Shown one piece after another: positions 14,001-27,600 of a stretch of 64,000 nucleotides of DNA. Both the position numbers and the translations under genes were made by a program. The stretch is from NCBI GenBank assembly GCA_003344405.1, contig NOWV01000174.1:62001-126000 (forward strand). Direction: 5' to 3'. The number at the start of each line of letters is the position of its first letter. The stretch's first letter is position 1. Source of the stretch: Trichoplax sp. H2 (taxonomy: Eukaryota). The notes under the pieces were generated by a model. It did no database searches. It had not been told where the DNA came from and saw nothing but the letters and a program-made list of their open reading frames with translations.

Positions 14001-17000
14001 TTTAGTATGTTACTTTCCATGATTTCGAAAATTATCACGAATCAAAGGCTACGCTAGTTACTCTGTAACTATTACCAACCATCCATAAAAACATATAGTA
14101 TGTAAACCTTAAAGTATACCTTAAAAATTTGCAGTAGCTAAGAAATTAATCCATCTTCTGTAATTAGTAATGAAAATTATTAAGAATAGATAGGTTAGAG
14201 TTTGGTATAAGTATTTCCAGGTGTTTGGCTCTTTAATGAAATTTTTATTAAAACGCCCCAACAAGCGCTATACTGAACTGTATCGCGAGACATTGCGAAT
14301 TTCCTTATTAGAAATATAAATGATCACTCTCGATATTTTACTGCCATAATATTCAAATTAATGGCTAATCAATTAATACATGAATATCTAATAATTCATA
14401 TTAATCGCGATATTGAAATTGAATTTGTTGTTTCTTGTAAACAATTTTTAGGCCATCATAGAGTTTAGCTATTGGGCATCACTTTACTTTGTACTTTGCG
14501 TACTTATATTTAATCTTGTGATAATGAAGTAAGCATTTAAGATTGTACTTTGATCAATATATTGCTGTTAAAAAGAAAATAGAAGTCTGAAACTATTTGT
14601 AAAATTTATTTCTCAGCCTATTTGTAGCCATTGCTATCGAAGCATTCAATAAACTCACCAAGGATGATGATGATAATAATGCCCACCAAACTCAAAATGA
14701 AGTCAATGCTAGTGGAGTGGTAGAAGTGAGTTATTACTTATAACTTAGCGTATTAAGATTGATTAGTAAATGTTAGAAAAAATGTTAAGCATCATTTTGA
14801 AAATTATTGCCTCCTAATCATATTTTCCGCACCAGAAAAGCGTAGCGCAAAACATTGGCAGCTTTTTCGTATCTGTTATGGCTAGTACAAGGGTACCGGT
14901 AAGAAGCCTCATCAGTCCATTCATTTAAAATCGATTTTAAAAAATCCAAATTAGAATGTTGATATTGTTGTTTATTAATGGTTTCCACCAATGTGTATCT
15001 GCTTAGATTCAAACTGAGTCGGGAGATTTCACAAGAGAAATGCAAAGACCCGGCTTTGGAGATCGGCGACCATCTATTACTCCAATTGGCAAGTTGGTTG
15101 GAAGGAGATCCAGTTTAAAGGTAGTTTAGAGAATCAGAGTATCGCATGCCAATGTGTGATAGTATCATGCTATAAATACTGATGGATCCTACCAATTTGT
15201 CCATATTTAAATATTAGCCAAGCATTAGTCCACAAGTAAAATCACCTTCGCCAACCATTCCTCCCCAAATCGATGAAAGTTCAGAGGTAAGATTACCTGT
15301 TGGCCGTTTACTTTCCAGAGCATCCTGTTTCTTCGTAGCCAAATTTTATTTGAATGCTAGTACATTATTCAGTTGAACCCTACCATAAATATAATTGCCA
15401 TCTTTATAAACAGGAGGATGAAGACGACGTGAAAAATCTAAGCTTACGAGAGCGGGTAAATGCATATAAAAGTTGCAATAAATGCCTTTCACATCCGGAA
15501 AATAGCTTGATCAACTCGTGTTGGTGTTTATTACCGAAGCGGCATAATATTGAGATAAATTCTAGTCGTGAATATTCATTGATAGGACAACAAATAGAAA
15601 TAAGATCTTCAATTTATAGTGATCGCACAGCAACCAATTCCTATTTTATCTTTTATTTATTCACCAAGCGTGAACGTATGCTGAAAAAGAGGATGAAACA
15701 AAAGAAGAAAAATCACAGTAAACAATCGAAAATTATGCGAGCTATTACACCTTTTAAGGCTACCAAAGACACTGATCTTGATTTGGCTGTTGGTGACGAA
15801 GTGGTCATATTAGCTAAGGTAAATACTAGCAAAAACGCACTCAAATAAATTATCCATTATTGCTAAATCCAAATGTATTCATATTGTTTAACAGAAATTA
15901 AATGAAACAGAAAGTAATTTTATTTCATGATCAGCACCTGCAATATCACATTTATTTATCGATTACCTACAAATTGCTTTGTTCCATTTAATTGACGACG
16001 ATCGTAAAGGAAACTTCAATGTAGATCAAACTTATGTGATGTAGTTTTCATATATTGAAGACTTACGAATAGTTTATTATTTGCCAACTACGCTTTACGA
16101 AGACTATAGAACAATTGTACGCTTATTTCAAGATTAACTTGTGCAGCTTTCATCTATCACCATCTAGCAGAATATCACTTTACTCACACCTTGCTAATAA
16201 CTATTATTAAAAAAGGAAACTTGATTTAATTTCAGATTATATAGCTTTCGTTGATCGTTAATGGATGGTTTGCATATAGTTTATAAATTGTTACTAGCGT
16301 CTTATTCCTAAATTAAAGAGAGTTCAACGTAGTCTTATTTTGAGATGAGTTCATCCAATGCCAAAGTTAAATGATCTAGGACTGTTTTTGCGATAAGCAA
16401 AGCATCCAATTACACTTGCAAACTTATTTCTAATAGCGTCTTAGTGTCAATTTAAATCCACATTTAGACCTTCCTGAAATATCTCAGTCGAACCGATGGC
16501 AAGCTTTTACCGTAGATTGTTACTTTTGAAATTCTAAGATTCATAAAATCTATAGCCCATTATTTTGCATAAACTCGTACTCATGATGGATGAACATGGC
16601 CATTACATTATTAAATTTAAATAAGCTTTTATATCATAGTATTTATATGATTTCATTTTATAATGTTGTCAATGTTCAATCTAATTACAGCAAGATGACT
16701 GGTGGCAGGGAATGTGCAGAGGAAGGACGGGATGGTTTCCAGGTAACCCATTTTAAGTTAAAAAATTGGGTCTAGTAAAATTTCGTAAATAAATAATAAC
16801 TGCTATCTAATCTTCACTTGTCTTTCCTACTGTCTAAAATGCCGGTCGAATTGCAGTTTGTATCGAATGATATTTAATGGTACGCCCATTTTCTAATCGT
16901 TCATTTATATTACTGTTTAGCATCTCATGTGGCTGCTGCTCCACCTCAAGATCATAGTAAGTTGATCACTAACAACCGTAAATCGGATTCCCCTCGAAAT

Positions 17001-17898
17001 GAGCAAGGACCAGATTCTCCTAAGCAACATCAAACTGCATGGGAAAATAGCCCTCACGCTATACCTGATCTTGAAGATCAAAATACGGTAAACATATTTT
17101 ATTATGATCAATTATACTGCTATGCTTTGTTGGCTAATATGAATTGATGATGTACCATGATAGAATGGTAATATGGCCACACTTCCTACAGAAAGAAGTA
17201 ACAGCTTTGGAAATAGGTTAGTCATCCAATGTTACTATCAGGGTATGATTTTATCTTCCTAAGAACTATACACTATAATAATTTCTAATATTGTAATCTG
17301 TTTTTCTTAAATGATTAATAGTGGGCCAAGAGGTACAGGACATAAACTCAAGGTAAGCTATACTGTTTAATTATTAGATGGATTTACCCCGTAGTTATTG
17401 TAGCGTACTTCTGCTGATCTTTCATAATAGAAAAATCTCTCCATCTTCAATATAAACTTCATTTTTATTAAAAACATAACGTATTCGATAGATGAAAAGG
17501 AAAACTGGTCTGGACTGGAGAAGAAATATTTTGGGAGAAATGACTGTGATGAATGCTGAAGAGGTATTGCAGCAGCAAGGAATAACTAATATCGAATAGA
17601 ATTAAGGCATAGTGATTTCAGAAATAGAATATTAAGACCTACTCTATAGAAGACTTTCATTAAATTGTGAAATTTTTAGATGCGAGAACTCAACAAAATC
17701 ATGAAATCGGATTTAATGAGAAGTCGAAGTGGAAGCTTTAGAAGTCAAGTAAGTTGATTTTTATAAGTTAGAATTAATAATAATCGTTCCTAGGTACTTA
17801 AGCGTGCAAAATACTACGTGGATGTCGTCTGTATCTTCTGCAACTTGAACAATTTAATCAATATGAAACTATTTATGTTGGAAATTAGCAACAAAAGG

Positions 17899-17929
<31 letters not shown>

Positions 17930-20852
17930 GCAACAATCACCGACATCTCCAATACAACCGCAGGCATCAAGCGATATTCCAAGTGCAGAAGTTCCACGAA
18001 GGCCAAAAAGATCTTCTTTAAATAGGTTAGTAAAATGAATGTAGCAATCTATATTGAAGGTGTCTCATGAATTTAGGCTTTAAATTATCGATTTATATCA
18101 ATCCTCGAATCCGTAACCCTAAATCAATTACAATTTTAAGAATTAAGCAATGATCTTGAGTCATTTTGCTAATCTAATTTTTTCTCGATGCTTTCTTCAA
18201 CTCTATCTGCTATAGTAGGCAATCATCCGTTGATAGATGTAAGTAAAAAAATATCCCTTTTAGTTCTCAGTATTAAGCAGACTCACTAACATTATCGTTA
18301 TAGTCGGCTACCAGTTGTGCTAGTTTGATCGATGAGAATCGGTTATACTCTTATTGAATAGTATCATCGAAGTTCCAGAATTAAATATATAGTAGAATTG
18401 CTGAAACTTTTGATAAATACTAACATACTTGTTTAATAATCAACAGCTGAAGTAGCCCAAAAACACCATAGCTTACCGACAAGGCCAAAACCACTTCTGC
18501 AGACGCATCCACTGCATACATCTGTTGAATCACCCGACGATTCATCATCTCAGGTATTAGAATCTCGCAAGATTGTTTATTTTCTCGCTTATATATTGTT
18601 CAAAGTAATACTATTAATGTTACTCATGAATCAATGATACTACTACAATGATAATCTTGGATTACCTTTAAAACTCGAAAAAGAATAAAATAATACGAAC
18701 ATCAGTCAATTTAGTTTTAGATTTATTACTCTTGAAAATATACATGACTATACGCGTTTTAAAATTTATAATGCCTTTGCGTGATTGGATTAGGTTGCTC
18801 CTCCTGTTATCGCTATCGATCATGCTAATTCGCCAACACCGACACTTGAAGAACATTCTCCGACTGAGAAAAGAGATTCAAGTAATGAATTATCGGTTAG
18901 TATGTCGCCTGCTGAAGCTAAAGAGAAGCGCAGAAATGAGAAAATGAGAAAAGCGAAGGAAAGTAAATCCGGTGAAATGCCAGACTGGATGAAGAAATTT
19001 ATTTCGTCAAATAACTTAAACATTACCGAAGATGTTATGGACACTAATCAATTGGATAGTGTTAAGGAAGAGACGTAAGTTTCGATGTAAATGATATAAA
19101 TATTCACCAAAAATCTTCGATACAGCAACAATACCAAAAAATAATCCGTTACTAGCTTGTAAATTTCGCCTATATTATACATTAGTCGAGATTCTGCACC
19201 TTAATCCCATGCTATTACTTTGAGTACGATAAATGATCACGAAACACAGCAATAATGTAATTAATAACTGTTTACGTAAAAATCAAGTTCAAGTAACACT
19301 CTCTCTTTAGGTTATTGATCTATCATAGCATTGGCAGTGATAAGCTTTTCTAATCTATCTTATCAACGATGTTATCATCAAATATTATCTAAATTATTTA
19401 TATAACAACTGATTTTAAAACATACTAAAATTATAAACATTAGCAGCCTATCTTATCTATTATATTGCCATCAAAGGACTTTAATCGATATTTATTTACA
19501 TGAGAACTTAGGAAAAGTAGTTTTCCCTACATTAATTAATTATAATATCATGGTATATGGGTTATGCAGTATTAGCATATGAATTTTATTTAAACCTATA
19601 ATACTGTAGGTAACGGATTAATATCTGAGTGTTACTTATTTATGATCAGATAATATTAATTTTCGCTTACACACTTATTAGAATGAGGAGCAACATATGA
19701 TTACCAATGAAGAAACCACAAATAAACTATCAAATAGATCTCTTATAATGTTATTATTACAAATTCCAGAACAATCTTATTTTTATAAATACTTTAAATG
19801 ATTACCACGTTGTAGACTGTGCATGAAATTACAGAAATACTAACCGGTTTTATGATCAATTTAAATAATATAGAGGAGAAGATCATGAGAAAGAAAACTC
19901 AAAAGAAGCTGAAACAAACTCTAATTCAACTACAGTAGATACACAAGATGGCCATGAAGCTGATTCCATCAAAGTTAACAACAGTACTGAGCAAAAATCC
20001 GATGTTAATATAACAAGTTCGTCCGCTCTGTCGATTGATTCTAAATCACTACAGGCTGAACAACAGCTTAATGTACAAGAATCATCAACCTTATCACCTT
20101 TTGCATCACATTCAACTGTTCAAGATAGTAATTCTGTACCTAAATCAGATAATCACCATTCTGATGTAAATAATAACATCAGCAATATTAAAATTGATGA
20201 AGCGAAAATTCAGAATGATGCGCATAGCGATAAACTGTCATCACAAGAAATAAATACCCCTGATTCTGCTGTAACAAGCCCACATAGCTTCAATTATGGG
20301 TATAGTTTTGAATCAAATTACAATGGCTTGACAAAAATTCACGAGAATATTATTGAAGAAGAGGAAGAAGAAGAAGTAGATGAAGGAAATGATGTTGATA
20401 TTACCGCTTTAGCTATGGCTCAACTACAAATGCAAATGCAAGCTAATAGAAAAGCGTCCGATGCTACAATCGATGAAGATGCACGATCAGATATTACTCA
20501 GTTATCCAACTTCACCCTTAAGGAAGACACTGGATTAAAAAATGACAATATACAATCATGTGAAGTAGCCAATGATGATCACTGCGAAACTCCACCGAAT
20601 GCTCTCGATACAATTGCTGAAGGAGAAGAAGAAGAAGAAGAATACAACCATAGACATCAGGAATCAAAATCAGCCAAGCCATCGCAAATTCCAGAAAAAA
20701 ATTTAAATTTCAACGATAGTAATGATAGCACAGCAAAGCAAAGTAATACTGCGCAAAATACAACTTTAGGATTAGGCAATCAATACAGTAATGGCTCACT
20801 AAAACTACCATCATTATCCACGGCACCATATTCCAATGATGACACGGTGTAA
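5033..20852 (+). CDS. Two-pore-channel-like (TPC/TPC-related) cation channel with C-terminal SH3 domain and long low-complexity tail; many exons
   Basis: Exons read LKLAAAHIDDALNLR (~6650); FLVYVNIILHTALQFAEPP (S1); QVFRCLRSLGLI (S4-I, ~8440); FFFILIFAAIGIHTL (S5-I); AFDNIAIAFLRLFVLLTTENYP|DIMIPAY...FFLTAILLAIIVDSYW (pore and S6-I, 9654-10389); LAKAWNLIDPLGQG (linker). A second 6-TM repeat follows, with VFFATIGMEIF, SVFQILTTSNWHEIMNS (~13457-13519) and FNLVIMN|LFVAIAIEAF. SH3 exons span 15669-16935. The last exon, 19874-20852, ends YSNDDTV*. Confidence 0.88.
9735..10174 (-). mobile_element. Solo-LTR-like insertion (440 bp) in a TPC intron
   Basis: Starts TGTCAC and ends GTGACA. Flanked by the exact 5-bp direct repeat CCGCC (9730-9734 and 10175-10179). 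Minus-strand AATAAA at 9880-9885 and a TATA-like motif near 9903. The right end resembles that of the 37731-38072 element. Confidence 0.8.
17901..17937 (+). repeat. (CAA)n microsatellite encoding a polyglutamine tract in the TPC-like tail
   Basis: CAACAACAA...CAGCAACAA within an exon that reads QQKEQQQQQQQQQ...SPTSPIQPQ. Confidence 0.85.
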
Positions 20853-21642
20853 ATAGTCAGCGAACTATAAAGTTCATATATTTACGATCCTTTCGACGAT
20901 AAATTTCTTATTTTCGATAGCATTAATATTTATCATGTATCATGTATATCTTCAACTATTTTTAAAATTACAATCTTGGGTATGTAATGTTTAAATTGTT
21001 CTAATTCAACCACAGTTAGCAGACGTTACCTTATGTCAGTCTGTTCGTTTTATTAATGAAAGATGGAAAGACGTTTGTTTAATAACCATATACATCATGT
21101 TAATTATTGCTCGATATTTGTCAATTTTAACAAGCGTTAATAACCTAATTGTTAAACTATATAACAGTTGTATATTCTAATTGTAATTAATATTCATTAT
21201 AAATGAATTAATTATAATTTAGTAGCAATTCTTGCCTATTGTCAATGTTTGTTGCGCTAAGAGCCAATAATAATGACAATTTAAATTTGCCATGATTTAA
21301 TATAAAATGAGTTCCCACTTCATTATGAACATCATATGATGTTCTTAGACTCTGTTCTTCATTTCAATTGGGATCTCATAATAATTAAGTTTAAATAACC
21401 ACAGTCGGTAATATACTTTAGATACGTTGGCTCACAATTAAGTATACAGTAGTACTAAAGTAACTTCTTCATTATATTCTTTGTGTGCGTCCTTTGATCA
21501 CAACAATTCATACGTGCAATATTTGTAAAATAATACTAATAAGCAGACATATATAGATATTCCCACCATCATTAAAAATAAAGAACTTAGCTACGTTCGT
21601 TTAAGATCTATTTTGTATACAATTTCAATTGGTTATTATTAA

Positions 21643-24600
21643 TTAAGCGTAATAGCTAGGAGATATTAAGAAATCACTTAGAGCGCTCAGCTGGTCGACT
21701 GTAAAATACTGTTTATGCTCTTCCCAATTATCCAAATGAGTACGCTTGAATTCAGAAACGACGGATTTAACAGTAGTCTAACATTTAGAATAATAATGAC
21801 TTAATATTAATATCGATAGAATTGGCAACAAATTTAAAACTGATTTTATTTACTATTCATTCCTTAACAAAAACTTACATGATAGCCTAATGTATAGCAA
21901 TAATACCTTAATTGGAGGAGGATCATTTAATCGGTCGCCGATAAATATTAAGATCTCCGGTAACCAAGGAGGAACATCATATGGAAAGGCTTGTATACAT
22001 GCAGCGAGACCCAATATTGCAGAATGGCGCCGGCTAATCACTTTCTTAACTAATATTGTAAAGCCAAAAATAAAAGATTCTCATATTGAAGCTTAAATTC
22101 ATGTGAGAATACTCTACGCATATTCTATACAATATTTTTACATTCAGTCGATGGTATATTATGTCTACGCTTGATTTTCGTCTCTGTTACGACATCTCTA
22201 AATTTGGACTAAAGAAAATTTAATATTTATTCTACAAGGTGTCAATTACAATTTTTTTTTTATATCATTATCATCTATGTATTGAAGTTATGACAACATT
22301 ATCTAAGTAAATGGTAATACCAGTTTCACGCTTGTTACTTCTAAAAATCCACATCTTAGTAGTCCACTATAAGTTGTTGATGCCATTTCTCTAACCTAAT
22401 GCACGAAGACTCTTAATTTTCTCAGAAATTTAGGATAAAATCTAGCAAAATTGTCTTTAACCTCAATTTGCTCATCAAATATCAACTTAAGTAAAATGTC
22501 TTCAATAGTGCTGGTCGCTGTGGTATGCTCAAATAATAGAAAGAGATTTCTAAACGTCATAACCTACATTTAGAAAATTAAACAGTTCAGATATAAAAAT
22601 TTTTTGATATATGATACGAACTAAGGAGAATTTAATACCTGAATAAATAACAACATACTATAACGGTGATGCCATGAGTTAGATTGTACTACCTACGCAT
22701 TAAAAAATTAGTTGGTCATTACATGCAGCAGAAAATAAAACAGCATAGACTAAAACTTACTTGTGTTAAAGCAAGCATAACAGAATCAACCGCAGCATCC
22801 GATAGCTGTGCTTGAGCTAAATATCCGAAAGCCTAGACATCGTGCCATTGATGTATTTTAGTTCATAAGGGCTTTAAACTAAAGCTAAATGTAAGATAGC
22901 ACATTTCGAACTAACCAGTTTACACAATATTTGCAGATCTTTATCATCTTCTTGATTTTCCAATCCGATTAACTAGCCAAAACATTTATAGAAGATAGCG
23001 AATTTATCATCTTTAATCGTACTATATTGCTAGAAAAGGCATGACCTACCAGTGGTAATAGCTTGTACGTGGCAATTGAATACGGCTGCGGCGTTCTGCT
23101 GTTTTGACGGTTGCAAGATATTAACCATTCTAATACTAAATTATTATATATTTTCATGCGTTATAATAATAAACCATATTAATAAAGAATTATCAGACGG
23201 AAACCGTAAAATTATCTATTACAGGTTTCGCTTAGTCTTAATGTCGCTTGCTTTTCTTCAGGGTCGACAAGTTCTACATTGCCGTCGCTCCGCTTGTCTT
23301 CAGTAAATAATTTCGATAGCGACGGAAGTAGGCTTTCGATAAATTTTGTCGCGGTAGGACCTTTACTGACGTAGTTCTTTGAGATAGCCACATCAAATTT
23401 GAAAATATCCCGCAAAAGGCTGAAGGAAGTGTTGTTAATAGTAGAAAGAACATAAAATTAGTTATAAATGTTGTTTTAAATAGTTATAAGGAAATCGATG
23501 ATAGCTTCAATTATACATGTACATTGCAATTTAGAAAAGTTCTGAAAATAATTTTAAGGTACCTGCCAAGCGATGAACGAACATCTTTGTATTGGTGATC
23601 AAGCCAGGGACTTACTAACTTAAGAGCTAAATTTTGCACCTCATAGCCTTTCCATTCCATGTCGGAGACGAAAATACGAATCAAGGATAATGCACTAAGA
23701 AAAAATCGATAAATTATCGTTACGTTAGAATTTTAAAATTTAATTAGAATCTTTATAGTTATATTGATTTAATAGCATAAAGACCTAGCATCAAGGAAGG
23801 ATGCTTGCTCGCCAGCAAATATATTTTCGTTAAATAATAGAGAAAACAGACTGCGTAGTCGTTTCGGATCTCGATTTTTCTATGGAAAGAATGATAAATA
23901 CTTATTAATATAATACCATCATCAATCACCGTAATTAGCGATATCTTAAAGGATATAATTTAAGAAAGAAAACTATTATCACTAATGCCATACACTGATT
24001 GTTGTAACAAAAGTACACCAATCATTTATCGTTTCTCTGGAGATTGAATTGAATGCTTTCCGCAACAGAGGAGTTAAAAACAACCATAAATGTTGCTCCT
24101 GTGAAGTAATATTTTATTAAACTCATCTTGTAGTTTTACATATGAAATTTCCATTGTTGACAAAGCAGCACTTACTTTTTCGCTACCCCAATGCTTAGAG
24201 CCACGAACCAATCCAGCAACGATCTCCAGTGCACATTTTTGACTACTGCTATGCTATATAGATTTATAAATAATAACCTATCATTAGCATTCATAACCTT
24301 TCGTTAGCATTTTTTGTATCGTAATGTCAAGTAATGTACGAGTATTACTACCATATGCTCCATGCTTAAATCTACCTCAGTATCTGCGAAAAGATTTTCA
24401 ACGTGTCGCTCAAACAGCGGTAGTAATGAATCCCCGAAATTGCGAAATATACCCTGCAATTGTACATATTCGTATATAAATTAGTATTGGAAGGCAATCT
24501 AAATCGAAATTGTATCTGAACAAATTAAAGACTTGACATCATGAAATAATATAATACCTTAAACATAGCATAATTATGCATATTAAAGGCTTCATCTTTT

Positions 24601-27600
24601 GAAATTTCTAGCGAATAAAGCTTGATCAGTGACTCGATAAATTCATGACTGTTGAGTACCGCATACATTGCTGCTTCATGCTACATTAGAAAATTTCAAT
24701 ATGTGAAAGAATTAACAAAATGAAATCAGGAAATCAAAAATATTTGTACAGCCACTACCTCAGTCATCTCCTGGATACCCCTATCAACTTTCGGTTGCTG
24801 TTCTGATGCGGCATGAGTTAGTATTGACCTGCGTTTGATAATATTATATATTAGGTACGATTAAAAAGAATTTTAGAAGTGTTACATGTCAACAATATTG
24901 TGTCATAATATCTTACCTAGGCCATACGTTATTATATCCTATGTATGGTTTATCGATAAGCGTATTACTTTTCCAGTCTTTAACGTCAAATCTATTATTT
25001 TCTAATGGGAAAACGAGCCTAGTTGGCGTAAAAATCAAAATATTAATATATTTCTGTTTTTTAAGTAAATCAATTGAAATAGCAAGGCAACGAACCAGTC
25101 ATTATTGATATCGCTCTCCTCACTTGATGCTTCAGCACATGCTATATCATAAAGTTGATAGTAACTCTATTAAATTCGACATGCATTTGCACGTGGCGGT
25201 AAAAATTGTCCTCCGAATAATTTACAATTGACTATACCTGCATTTTTGACACTGATTTCAATTTTCAAATGCTTTCTTTTTAATTGTTTACAAATACTTG
25301 CAATGGCGGACACAGCCATCTAAATATAGCGTAGGCAGTTAATAAAATTAGACACCATGCTACCTATGTATACATTAAATAGGAAGTACACCTTGCGTAT
25401 CTCAATAGAATCGTGGATTAAATTTTTCGTGAAAAGTGCTATTGCACGTGGTAGCAACGGGATATCGATTCGAATCAGTTGCGCAATAAAACCTATACAG
25501 TACTGTAGAAACTGCCATCTCCTATAAGCAGCCATTGTAAAATACGTGTTTTCATTTAGCGAATAGTCGAAATTTGATTTGATATTACAAATTTTCCAAC
25601 TTACATATTATTGTCCCCTGTTTCACATAAATCTAGGAGAAGGTTGACTAATTCCATGTATTGCCTATTTGAAATCGTGTAAATTACTTTTATTGAATAA
25701 TACGATGAATAGATTGAACATAGTTTCATAAATACCTGCGATTACAGTTATTCATTTCTTCCAAAAATAAGTCACCATCTTTATTACTCACGCTAACAGT
25801 TCCTGTTAAAGCTCGTGCTGCTTCCCTACATTCTACCGGAACCTAAGTTAATAATTTAGTTGTGTTAATGCTGATTTATGACCAAGTAAATATTGTTATG
25901 TTACTCTATTAACTTATCTGACCTCATATTTTAAAGCTAAGGTTGCATATTCTCGACACATTTGCTGATAAACTTTATTAATTAATATTAGGATAGACGA
26001 TTTTTCGGAATGATCAGCCTTAACTAATGCAGGCCAAATCTGCTGCATGTTCTCCCATTGGTGACATACAAATTTACATGTATCGGCATCCGTTAGAACA
26101 AACAGGGCACCCTTTCGATACCAAAAAAAAATATGATTCATTTCATTAGTGGAATGTCCAGCTACAATACAACTGCTAAAAACAATGAAATAAATACACT
26201 AGAGTACCTTAAATTCATCATGGCTAACTGAATTGTCGGCTTTTAGTTTATCAGTAATGAAAGGAAGACTATATGTACAAGAAAATAAGATGCTCTCGTA
26301 ACACAACAACAGCAGACCTTGTGCCTCTCTTCTTATCTGTTGGAATAAGCGTTTTTCAATATTAATATAATATCTGATCAAATATTAGCTATCATTTATA
26401 CATGTATAATAACCTCGCAATAGTCGCAAACGGATAACTTTAAAATATCGCTAATCATCATTTGATGGAGTTCTGTCATCCTGCAAGGATAGATATGATT
26501 TCTTCTTTTCTATATAGAATATAATTCACAGCCGTCAAATTAAGGTAACTTCAATTCCCGCCAAAAATATAATGTATATACCAGGTGCTGGAGGTAGCTT
26601 TTCTCAATCACAATTTGCCTTATACAGTTACAGTGTCCGAGGAGCTGTAAAGCAATGTAAAAATGCGTATATTGTGGCATAAGCAACTATTCTAGACAGT
26701 CAAACCAATATCATGCTGAAAAGGTGAATACCTTATTACTTATTAGGCGCTTCCACCAATTGGCCAAGAATTCTCTTTAATGCAATAAAGACATTTAATT
26801 ACTAGGGAATTTTATTAGCTAAATAGATAATTAAAATACAATTTCTACCTCTCCTGTAAGTGGTCATTTTGTCCTCCATAATTAAATAAGACTTGATCGT
26901 AAATCTAACATAAAGACGTAATTTATACATTTTAATTTCATGTAATTTACAGTTACTCATAAAGATAAAATGTAATCTGTTAAGTATATGATCGAAATAA
27001 TAAATGTAATTACCGATAGCATCAGATTAAATGACTTTGTATCATCCGTTACATGATCCAAAAAGTAACCTACAGTACAAAATTAAAAGTATAACCATGC
27101 GTGTTAAGATAATCGGGCATGTGGGTATACAATAAATTGAGAAGCGTAGTAAAATTTATACCAATGGCTGTATGAATACAATTAGCGACAATTTCCCGTA
27201 AGCATACTGTGTTCTTAGAGACTAATGTTAGTAATAAAAAGAATTAGAGATGAAATAACATTGAAAAAATTGGTAACATATAAATTACAAAAAAAGTTAT
27301 CCATACATTTAGATGTATTTTCTGTACATAGTATAATTTCCTCGCTGTAGGGAACAACTGAGGGGACTCTGGAATTGTTTTAAAAAAAACATTAGCCTAA
27401 ATTACCAACAAAATACAAAGTATATATATTTCGTAAGAATTTTAGGTTAATAAGCGTTGTATAAACCAACAATGGAGATAGATATGGTTTGTCCCAAGGC
27501 GGTAAAGCTTCTCCAGCACCAGTGAGGATACAATAAATTATATGAAGACACTGGTGAATTTCTTCCCTATGAAAAATTATTAAGGAATCGTTTATAATAA

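Noticed and set aside
17818-18021. Poly-Asn ORF
   Set aside because: Wrong frame of the CAA repeat; the spliced frame encodes polyGln.
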